64,000 nucleotides of DNA. It comes from Elusimicrobiota bacterium (GTDB lineage Bacteria; CG03; SLGR01; JAGXOG01). The notes beneath the pieces were generated by a model, which saw nothing but the letters and a program-made list of their open reading frames with translations, was not told the origin of the DNA and ran no database searches. The position numbers and the translations under genes are program-made. Of the stretch, positions 47,395 through 56,700 are shown piece by piece. Numbering within the stretch: the stretch's first letter is position 1; each line of letters opens with the position of its first letter. The stretch covers positions 1,096-65,095 of the forward strand of contig JBNJDT010000005.1 of NCBI GenBank assembly GCA_051745145.1. The letters are read 5' to 3'.

Positions 47395-49353
47395 TTGAAA
47401 AAAATTTTATTTTTTATATTAGTTATCGGTATAGTATTAGTTAAGACGGCTCCGGGGGCCGAATATATAGGAGATATGGGGACCATGGTGGTAACTCCGA
47501 TAGGAAGCAAAATTAATTCCGCCTATATCCCCGCCAATATAGAAGTAATAGACCGGGACCGGATCAGTAGTTCGGGTAATGAATCCGTGGCCGATGTTTT
47601 AAGAGATGTAAACGGACTGCGGGTTAGCGACTGGACCGGAAACGGCACTAAAATGTCGGTGGATATAAGCGGTTTTGGGGAGACAGCCAGCCAGAATGTA
47701 CTGATTCTGGTGGATGGCATGAGATTGGACAGCAATGATTTAAGCGGGACAGACTGGCAGCAGGTGACTGCGGATCAGATTGAAAGGGTAGAAATAATAA
47801 AGGGGCCGGGCACCGTAATATACGGTGACAACGCTTCCGGTGGAGTAATAAATATTATTACAGAATCCCGGATTCCCCGGACAAAAAAAATGGTTGAGAT
47901 GTGGGCCACTTCTTATAACGGACTGGGGGGAAAGGCGAAACTCTCTGGAAGTCAAAACAGTTTTAGTTATTCTTTAGCTGGGTCCGGATCAGAAAATCCG
48001 GGTTACCGCCAGAACAGCGAGATAGGAGTAAGAAGCGTATCCGGTGATTTTGGGTATCAGATTGCCGGTCTGCCTTTAAAACTGGATATTAACTCCGGCT
48101 ATAAAAAAATCAGTTACGGCTTGCCGGGAAGTCTGTCGGAGTCGGAACTTGAATCGGGTATCAATAGATATGATTCCACTACCCCGGAAGATAAAGAAGA
48201 AGATAAAAATAGTTATGTTCGTGGTAAATTATCTTTCAGACCGGTAAAAAATTTAAATATTGAACTAAACTCTACCTATAAGACAAAAAAGTCTACAACT
48301 GTGTGGGTATCTATGGGTAGTTCCACCGAATACAAAAATTATAGAAACATTATGGGACTTAAGATAATTAAAAATAAACTTCCCATGGCCCCGGCTGCAA
48401 GAATAACAGCCGGGTTTGACTATGACCGTAATAAAATGAATACTGAAAAAATAGGATTCACTAATTCTATAAGTACTATTCAGGTTGTTTCTGTGGCACC
48501 TTATATACATACGGAAATTCCCGCATCGGAGAAATTAATTTTTTCCGGCGGAATAAGATATCACAATTCCGGTTATAATTTTGCCCACCGGACAGGGGGA
48601 GTAACTACAGAGGAAGAATATGAAAGAGAGGCATTGGCTTATTCAGCGGGGTTAAGTTATCTTTACCGAAAGATGGCTAAAACGTATATAAATTACAGTC
48701 AGAATTTCAGGTTTCCCAAAACCGGAGAATTTTTCAGTATATTTTCAGGTGAGCTTAATGAAGACCTTAAAGCCCAGAAAAGTGATGATATAACTGCCGG
48801 TTTGCGGATATTTCCCTTCTCTGATTTTACCGCGGGACTTCATTACCGGCATTCTTACATTGAGGATGAATTATTTTACAATCCCGAAACGGGGGCTAAT
48901 GAAAATATAGAAGAGACATTTCGGAGAATATATGAGTTGAAATTGAGCTATAAATTAGGGGACCGGCTTTCTTTAAGTGGCGGAATAAATCACCTGGTTA
49001 CCGAAATTAAAAGCGGTGAATATTCCGGGAATAAAATTCCGGGAGTTCCCCATAATAAATTTAATTTTTCCGCTAAAGGACAGCCTGTGGATAATTTAAC
49101 TTTACGGGCAAGTATAACCGGTACAGATGATAGATATTTTATAAGTGATTTTAAAAATGAAGCATCTAAACTTCCGGGATATGTCCGGACTGATCTTACG
49201 GCAGTTTATTCTTTAAGTCCCATGAGTATATCCCTGGGGATTAATAATTTGTTTAATGAAAAATATTCCGAACACGGAACTTATTATGGAGAAAAAAATT
49301 ATTATCCGTCCCCGGTAAGGAATTACACTCTTGAAGTTGGAATAACATACTAA
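47395..49353 (+). CDS. btuB: TonB-dependent outer-membrane receptor (BtuB-like)
   Basis: Signal peptide, TonB-box-like TMVVTP, plug domain (IEVIDRDRI, GLRVSDWTG) and a C-terminal barrel ending …EVGITY. Shares the riboswitch-controlled operon. Confidence 0.8.
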   Translation: MKKILFFILVIGIVLVKTAPGAEYIGDMGTMVVTPIGSKINSAYIPANIEVIDRDRISSSGNESVADVLRDVNGLRVSDWTGNGTKMSVDISGFGETASQNVLILVDGMRLDSNDLSGTDWQQVTADQIERVEIIKGPGTVIYGDNASGGVINIITESRIPRTKKMVEMWATSYNGLGGKAKLSGSQNSFSYSLAGSGSENPGYRQNSEIGVRSVSGDFGYQIAGLPLKLDINSGYKKISYGLPGSLSESELESGINRYDSTTPEDKEEDKNSYVRGKLSFRPVKNLNIELNSTYKTKKSTTVWVSMGSSTEYKNYRNIMGLKIIKNKLPMAPAARITAGFDYDRNKMNTEKIGFTNSISTIQVVSVAPYIHTEIPASEKLIFSGGIRYHNSGYNFAHRTGGVTTEEEYEREALAYSAGLSYLYRKMAKTYINYSQNFRFPKTGEFFSIFSGELNEDLKAQKSDDITAGLRIFPFSDFTAGLHYRHSYIEDELFYNPETGANENIEETFRRIYELKLSYKLGDRLSLSGGINHLVTEIKSGEYSGNKIPGVPHNKFNFSAKGQPVDNLTLRASITGTDDRYFISDFKNEASKLPGYVRTDLTAVYSLSPMSISLGINNLFNEKYSEHGTYYGEKNYYPSPVRNYTLEVGITY

Positions 49354-49549
49354 ATAATAGTTTTAACTATAACCGTATTTAGTAAAAAAGTTCTTAAAAT
49401 ACCCAATTTAAATTGCATTGATCGTTATTTTCTAAAATAGTTTAAATTTGTGACTAAAAAATATTTTACTTTTCCTCTAAATTTAGTATAATAAATTTTA
49501 AATTTAGAATTAAAATATAAGACTTCAAAGCCGTTGAATTTATAAAGGT

Positions 49550-49627
49550 GGGGTGGTAGTTCAGATTGGTAAGAACGCCGGCCTGTCAAGCCGGAGGCCG
49601 CGAGTTCAAGTCTCGTCCACCCCGCCA
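49550..49627 (+). tRNA. tRNA-Asp (anticodon GUC), CCA encoded
   Basis: Acceptor GGGGTGG/CCACCCC, D-arm GTTCAGATTGGTAAGAAC, anticodon stem-loop CCGGC-CTGTCAA-GCCGG, T-arm GCGAG-TTCAAGT-CTCGT, then G-CCA. Confidence 0.85.
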
Positions 49628-49678
49628 TTATTATTAGTAAAAAAGATTTACACTAATTATATAGCGAACTACCCATTA

Positions 49679-52600
49679 ATGAATAAAGAAAAAAAAGAAA
49701 CAAAAAATTACAAAGTTGTCCTGGAAGCCCGTAAAGATGCTCGTAAAAGATTACTGGATGCCCTTGACGAATTTGACCCCCAGGAGGATTCTGAAAGAAT
49801 AGAAAAAGTAAAACAGACCCTAGTCCAGATAAACAAAGAGATAAAAGAACTTCAGAAAAAAACAAGTAATTCGGAGCAAAATACCTCAAAATCCGGTCCC
49901 CGGGCCGACCAGCCTAGTCCTTCCGACCAAGAAGAAGAGAAAGAAAAAGAGGAAACTGAAAAATCAGAGAAGAGCATTGAAGAGATAGATAATTCCCGGA
50001 AAACTCTTCAGTCTGAAGTCAAGGATTTGAAAAACGATATATCCAGTGAAAGAGATAAATGGGAAGAAAAATTATCAGCTAAACAAAGAGAGATAAATGC
50101 TCTTAAATCAAAGATGAATCTCCGCCAGGCCAAGCTCCGGGCCCAGTATCAGTTGAAGAAGCAGAATCTGGAGAGGACCCGTTCGGAATATGAAAAAAAA
50201 TTAAAGCAGGAAAGAGAGAAAGACACCTCTTTTGATCAGGAACGACAGCGATGGTCCAAACGTCTGGAAGAAAAGCAGCGAATTATAGATAAATTAAAAA
50301 TTGAAATTTCTTCAATGGAAAATAGATATCATCAGGATATTGAAGAAATCAGGGATGAGTACAGCCGTGAAAAAGAAGCCCTTCAGGAGAGAGTTAAAAA
50401 CCTCCAAAACCAGAAAAATCGGGAGACTGAACAGCTGCGGTCCAGATTATCTGAAAAACAACGCGCTATTATAAATTTAGAACAGGAACTGGATACAAAA
50501 GAAGCAGATTATGAAAGGGCCCGCCATAATCATTTAAAAGAGATTGAATCTTTAAAAGAAGATTTTAGCAGTGAAAAAGAGAGCATAAGAGAGGAAAAAG
50601 AGTCAAGTATAGATGAGTTAAAGAATGAGATTTCTTTTAAGGAAAAAGAGATCCGTAATTTAAAACAGGAAATTTCTGTAATTGAAGAAAAGAGAAAAAT
50701 AGCCCGGGAGGAATTTGAAGATCAATTAGAAAAATTAAGGCAGTCACAGAACGAAGAGACAAAAAAATTAGATAAAAAAATAGAGAATAAGAATAATTTA
50801 ATACAGCAGTTAAAAGATGAAATAGCGGATATAAAAAGAGACCATTCTATTAAGTTAAATAATTTAAATAATAAAAATGAACAGAAAAAAAATGAACTTA
50901 AACAAAAAATCCGGGACCGGGAAGAAAAAATAGAAAAAGTACGCGAAAAATTTTCTACCCAAAAAACGGAGCATGAGAAAAAAGTAATAAATCTAGAAAA
51001 TGTAATTGATAAAAAAGTTGAGCAGTTAGGTAATGTAACCGATAAAAAAGATAAAGAAATTCAGAATTACAAAGCCCGCCTGGAAGAGATAAAAGAAAAA
51101 TTTTTCGGAATGCAGAGAGAATACGAAAAAATTAAGACTGAAAAAGAAAAGGAAAAAGAAAAATTTGAATCTCAAATAGAAAGTTTAAAAGAAAATGCGG
51201 TTTTGGAAAAGGAAAATCTGCTTGAAAAAATAACTCAAAAAGAAGATAAAATTGGCCAGCTTAATAACGAACTGGAAACCGCCGACCAGCAGCGGGAAGA
51301 TTTGCAAAATAAATATAAAAGAAAACAGGCTAACTTAAAAGAAAGCCTGGCTGATAGAGAAAAAGAGATTGAAAGAATAGCCTCGAAAAAAGAGGAACAG
51401 AAAAAAGAATATCAGGATTATTTAGCGGACTTAAAGGAAAAGTTAGCCGAAGAAAAGAGAAAAACAGATGATTTAAAAAGGGAAAAGAGACAGGTAAAAG
51501 AAGAATTATCGTCAAAAATAAAAAACTTAAACAGTACTAAAGAACTGGAAAAGAAAAATCTCCGGGAAAAAATTAAAAGTAAAAACCGAAAGATAATTGA
51601 AATTGACAATGAATTGGAAAAGGCAAAAGACAGTAATAAAAATTTACAAAAAGATTGGAACCGGGAAAGGGAGAACTTAAAACAGGATTTTAACCAGAAA
51701 CTCACTGAGAAAGATAAACGTATTGAAGAACTTTCAGAATTAGTAGATAGTTTTGAAAATAAATTTAATGTAGAAAAGACAAAGAGAAAAGAAGAAAATA
51801 AAAACTGGGCCAGTAAAACCGGAAATCTGCAGCAAAAGATAAATGAACTCAATGACAATTTAAATACAGCTCAAAATAAGATAGAGCAGTTAGAGCAGAA
51901 AAAAGAGCAGCAGGCTGATCAATTTGAATCCCAAAGAGAAAATTGGGAAAGCAGCATGGAAACTATTAGATCCCGTCTTCACGAAACAGAGGTCGAGTAT
52001 TCGACTAAAGTAGAGGGTCTAAAAGAGAAAATAAACGGACTTAATAAAGAACGGGTCCAGATAACCGACAAATATAACAGCCGGGTTCAGGAACTTGAAA
52101 AACAGTTAAATAATCGGGATAATGATATAGCTCTACTTAAGCAGGAGCACAATCGGGAAAAAGAGAATATCCTTAAAAACTTAAGAAAAGCTGATGAGAG
52201 GTATGAAAAAATAAAAGAAGAATTTTATGCTTCTCGCGATAAAATAAAAGAGATGGCAGGTTCTAATGAAAAGTTAAAAGAACAGCTTGAAGATACTCAA
52301 GCTAAACTGGAAGAGATTAAAACAGAGAAAGATAATACAATCCAGAAATTAAAAGAAGAGCTTGAAGAACAAGAATATAAAGATGAACTTTTACAGAAAA
52401 GGTATAATAAGTTAAAAGCAGATTTTAAGAACAAAGAAGAAAGTTACAGTAAAACAATAAATAAATTAAAAAATAAATTAACTAAAAAAACCTGGGAGGT
52501 AAATAAAGTGCGTGAGGAATTAGAGAGTTTACTTGATGAATTTGAGGAAAGAGTAACAACCCAGCGAAGGATCTGGGAAGAGAAATTAAAAAATAAAGAA

Positions 52601-53713
52601 GAACAGTTAAAATCCATAAAAGAAGAAGCTCAAAATACAAAAGCCAGTTTGGAAGAAAGAATTAATGAATTAAAAGATTCTAATTGGAAACTCCAGGTGC
52701 AGATTGAAGAAGACAGGAAAGCCTGGCGGGAAGATTATGAACAGAAAGAGCAGGAATACCGGAAGCTCAAAAAAGCAAAGGAAGAAAAAGAGCAGCAGCT
52801 TCGCGAAAAGTTAGCTGAAAAGGAGAGTAGCTGGGTAAACCAGAAAAGTGAACTTCAAAAAAAGATAAATCATTTAGAAGGGAAATTGGAAAGTAAAATT
52901 CCGGCTAAGGATGAACAGATAGATAGATTAAAAGAAGAGCTTGCTCAAACTAAAGCCACTCTTGAGAAAAAAGAAAACTATTATGATGAAAAGATAAATA
53001 CCATTAAAGAAGAGATGGATGATAAGCTTTCTCAAATGAATGAAACCTTAAAAGTACTTGAAGAAAAGAATATTGATTTACGTTCTAAAATTTCTGATAG
53101 AGAATCCAAACTTAAAACTCAAAAAAGTGAGTTTGAGAATGAAATTAAGATACTAAAAGACAAGTTTGAAACAAATATTAGTAAATTACAGGCGGAATTA
53201 GCCCGCCAGCAAAAAGAGAATAAAGAGCTCAAAGAATTACTGGATAAAAAAGAGAGAAAACTCCAAAGCGAGGAGGAAATCAAAAAAGAAGAAGTGGGGC
53301 AGATAAGAACCCGGTTAGAAAAAAATATTGAAGATTTCCGTATGAAGATGAAGGAGATAGAGGATAACAATAAACCTTCCGAATACGAAATCGAAGAGTA
53401 TTTAGAAGAGGTAGAAGCTGAAGAAAGGGATGAGGAAAATTCTACCTCAAAAGATCCTGAACCGGAAGAAGATGAAGAAGAATTAGAGGAAGAATTGTCT
53501 GTAAAACAGCAAATTCAAAATAAAAAAAACGAATTAAAAGAATTAAAAAAGAAGACCAAGAAAAAAATAAAGAAAAAGGAAAAAGAGTTTAAAAAAGCAA
53601 CCAGTAAAAAAGAAAAAGATAAGATCAAAGAAGAATTAATAGAACTTGAACAAAAAAGTAGGCAGCGGGAAAAAGCAATTAAAGAAAAGTTGTCGAAATT
53701 AAAGAAGAAATAG
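49679..53713 (+). CDS. Giant coiled-coil protein 1 (1344 aa), E/K/R/L/Q-rich, with no recognizable enzymatic domain
   Basis: Begins MNKEKKETKNYK (the ORF-track start at 49553 runs through the tRNA and is spurious). After a short Pro/Ser-containing N-terminal patch it is almost free of Gly/Pro/Cys. Heptad-like charged sequence with recurring W-x-E-K/R-L motifs. Poly-K C-terminus. Confidence 0.7.
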   Translation: MNKEKKETKNYKVVLEARKDARKRLLDALDEFDPQEDSERIEKVKQTLVQINKEIKELQKKTSNSEQNTSKSGPRADQPSPSDQEEEKEKEETEKSEKSIEEIDNSRKTLQSEVKDLKNDISSERDKWEEKLSAKQREINALKSKMNLRQAKLRAQYQLKKQNLERTRSEYEKKLKQEREKDTSFDQERQRWSKRLEEKQRIIDKLKIEISSMENRYHQDIEEIRDEYSREKEALQERVKNLQNQKNRETEQLRSRLSEKQRAIINLEQELDTKEADYERARHNHLKEIESLKEDFSSEKESIREEKESSIDELKNEISFKEKEIRNLKQEISVIEEKRKIAREEFEDQLEKLRQSQNEETKKLDKKIENKNNLIQQLKDEIADIKRDHSIKLNNLNNKNEQKKNELKQKIRDREEKIEKVREKFSTQKTEHEKKVINLENVIDKKVEQLGNVTDKKDKEIQNYKARLEEIKEKFFGMQREYEKIKTEKEKEKEKFESQIESLKENAVLEKENLLEKITQKEDKIGQLNNELETADQQREDLQNKYKRKQANLKESLADREKEIERIASKKEEQKKEYQDYLADLKEKLAEEKRKTDDLKREKRQVKEELSSKIKNLNSTKELEKKNLREKIKSKNRKIIEIDNELEKAKDSNKNLQKDWNRERENLKQDFNQKLTEKDKRIEELSELVDSFENKFNVEKTKRKEENKNWASKTGNLQQKINELNDNLNTAQNKIEQLEQKKEQQADQFESQRENWESSMETIRSRLHETEVEYSTKVEGLKEKINGLNKERVQITDKYNSRVQELEKQLNNRDNDIALLKQEHNREKENILKNLRKADERYEKIKEEFYASRDKIKEMAGSNEKLKEQLEDTQAKLEEIKTEKDNTIQKLKEELEEQEYKDELLQKRYNKLKADFKNKEESYSKTINKLKNKLTKKTWEVNKVREELESLLDEFEERVTTQRRIWEEKLKNKEEQLKSIKEEAQNTKASLEERINELKDSNWKLQVQIEEDRKAWREDYEQKEQEYRKLKKAKEEKEQQLREKLAEKESSWVNQKSELQKKINHLEGKLESKIPAKDEQIDRLKEELAQTKATLEKKENYYDEKINTIKEEMDDKLSQMNETLKVLEEKNIDLRSKISDRESKLKTQKSEFENEIKILKDKFETNISKLQAELARQQKENKELKELLDKKERKLQSEEEIKKEEVGQIRTRLEKNIEDFRMKMKEIEDNNKPSEYEIEEYLEEVEAEERDEENSTSKDPEPEEDEEELEEELSVKQQIQNKKNELKELKKKTKKKIKKKEKEFKKATSKKEKDKIKEELIELEQKSRQREKAIKEKLSKLKKK

Positions 53714-53724
53714 ATTAACAGGAT

Positions 53725-56700
53725 ATGTCCAGAGAAGAACTTAGAAAACAAGTAGAAAAATTAAGAGAAAGGCTACGCCGGGAAGAAAAGAAACGCCGGC
53801 AGCTGCTCCGCGAGAAAGAAAAAGAAAATTTTGAGCTAAAACAGAATTACGAAAAGAGAAAAAATGAGCTGGAAAATAAGATAGCTGATTTAAAGAATAA
53901 AATAGAGCACCTGGATAGCCGGAAAAAGACCGAATTGAAAAAGCAGCAGCAGGCCTATAATGATAAGATAACTGCCAAAGAGAAAGAAGTTGAACAGCTC
54001 AGGAGAGAAAAAACTCAGCTTGCCAGAAAAGATAAATTAAAATTTAAGCAGCACCAATCCGATGCCGAACAGAAGATAAACGAGCTAAAAAGAAAAAAGA
54101 GAGAACTTAAAACTCAAATTGAAGAACAAAAATCAAAATTTTCCGATTTTCAGGACAGATTGGAAGCAGAAAAACAGCAGCTTAAACACGAGAAAGAGTT
54201 AACCAGGACAGATTTACAAAAAGAAAAGGCGATTTTATCTCAGGAATATCGGGAGAAAGAAGAGGAATACAACCGGAAGATAAGAGAATTAAGCAGCAGA
54301 GTGGATTTTTTAGAGGAAAAACTTGAAGATAAAAAAGAAACACTCAAAAGAGAAGTTAGTGCCCGGGATGCCGAAATAAATGCTTTAAGGGAAGAAAAAA
54401 AGAGTGAAATACAGAGATTAAACAATAGAATAAATGAGAAAAACCGTCAGAAAGAAGAACTTCTAAGTGAACTTGAAGAAGTTAAAAAAAGATATCATGA
54501 TGAGATAGATTCAAAGATTAGTGAAAATAAAGTTTTAGAATCCCAACTTACATTAAAAGAAGAAGAGCTTACCGAAAAAATCCGTCAAAAAAACAATAAA
54601 ATAGAAAGCCTAACCCAAGAGATAAACAGTTTGAAAAGAGAAACTGATGATAAAATAAGAAATCTGGAGAATATCCGGTCTAAAGAAAAAGAAGAATACG
54701 AAAACCGCATAAGTCGTTTGAATTTTGAAATTGAAAGTTTGAATGAGAAAATTGAGAAGACAAATGAGATGCGGGAGGTAGAGAATAAAAACTGGCGGGA
54801 AAAGATTGAACAGCTGCAGAATGATCATTCTGTAGAGATAGCCAGAAGGGATATAGAAGAAGAGGAAAGAGAAAGCGAATACAGATCCCAGATAACCGAA
54901 TTAAAAAATAAGTTGAAACAGGTTGATAAAAGTCTCGAACAGTTAGAAGATGAAAAACAGGATTTAAAAGATGAAACCCGAAAAAGAATAGCCGATAAAC
55001 AGGATAAAATAGATAATTTAGAAAGAACAATAGAAAAGTTAAAATCCGAGAAAGAAGATCAGCGAAAAAGAAAAGAAGCCCAAATAGATCGCATTAAAGA
55101 AGATCTGGAAGCCAAACTTGAAAACTACAAAGAACTTAGCGCCGAAGAAAGCAGGGATCTTAAGGGTAAACTTGAGCGGGTAAAAGAAGAGAAAAATAAT
55201 CTCCAGCTGGAGAAAGATAAGCAGATTGAGTCTCTTAATCAAAAATTAAGAGCTAAGATCGAAGAGCTTGATAATTTCAGGGAAGTTTCTGCAAATAAAG
55301 AGGCCAAGTGGCGGGAAAGACTCCAGGAAGTCAAACAGGAAAAAAATATAACGGAAGATGAAAAAGAAGAAAAAGAGAAACAGCTTGAAAACCTGCGGAA
55401 TCGTCTGGACCGGGAAACAAGAGAGATGGCCGAAGAACTGGAAAAAAAGAAAGAACACTGGGAATGGCTTGTCTCTCAGAAACAGAATGAAATACAGAAT
55501 TTAAAAGATAAGTATCGCAGTGAGATACATAAGATAAAAGAGGAGTATCAGGATAAAGAGCAGAAGTTAAAAGCAGCCCGCGCCGGACTGGAAAAATCCG
55601 TTAAAGAATTAAGTGACCGGATGGAGTCCGAGCGGTCGGAAAAATATGAAGAATTAAAAGAAAAAGACGAAAAAATTCAGAATTTGAAAAGTCGACTCGA
55701 ATCCCAGCGAGTCGAGCTGAAACAGAAGTATAAAGACGAATACAACGAACTTGAAAAGCGCCGGACTAACTTAAGTCAAAAGGTAAATGAGCTGGAAAAT
55801 AAGCTGCATGCTCAAAGAGAAACCTGGCAGGAACGGCTGCAAACTAAAGAGAGGGAACTGGAAGATGCCCGGCAAAATATGAAGGACAGGGAAGAAGAGC
55901 TTTACAATGTCTGGCGGGAAAAAAGAAAAGCTAATAATAAAAGAATTTTTGAGTTATCCAATAAAATTGAAGAACTGGAGGAGAAAAAGAAAAGAGAAAA
56001 CCGGGAATTAGAAGAAAAATTAGAACGACAAAAAGAAAAAAATCGCGAGAACAATATAGAGAACATCCGCCGCGAGAAAGAAATTGAGACAGAGTATAGA
56101 GAAAAGATAAACAGTCTTATCAGAGAAAAAGATAAATTAAAGAATGACAATAGTGTGTTAAAAGAGAAATTAAATTCGGAAAGAATAAAATCTTTTAGAA
56201 AGTTACGGGAAAAATCTGAAGAAATAGAAAAGATCCGGGATAAGGCCCGCAGTGACAGCGAGCAAATATATAATGATTACAAAGAAAAGGAAAAGGAATT
56301 GCGGGAGACTCAGAATAGGCTGGATGACCTCCGGTTTAAGAAAAACAGGGAGATAAAAGAATTAAACCGCAAATTACAGGAAAAGGAAAGTGAAAAAACC
56401 CGTCTGCTTAATGAAATAGAGCATTTTGAAGAAGATAAAAAAAGAGTTATCCGGAGAAGGCAGGAAGATTTTGAGAGGGATAAGAAACTGCTGCGCAATG
56501 AACTTGAAAGATTAAAAAATAAGAAAGATGAACTGTATGAAAAATTGGAGCAAAAAGAAAATAGACAGAATGAAAAGATAAATAATTTAATGCAGGAATT
56601 CCAGGAAAAAGAAGATAACTTAATAAATAATTTTGCACAAAAAGAGAAGAAACTCGTCGGGAAAATATCTAACCTGGAGGATGAACTTAATCAGGCAAAC

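Noticed and set aside
49553-49678. ORF-track start of the 1386-aa protein at 49553 (MVVQIGKNAGLSS…)
   Set aside because: This segment is the tRNA-Asp gene read as protein. The real start is the ATG at 49679 (MNKEKKE…), which has an AT-rich leader.
51418-56638. Multiple minus-strand ORFs of 61-146 aa inside the giant coiled-coil genes, all S/F/L-rich low complexity
   Set aside because: They are antisense shadow ORFs created by the GAA/AAG-rich coding strand (reverse complement gives TTC/CTT-rich, stop-poor frames). They have no independent signals.
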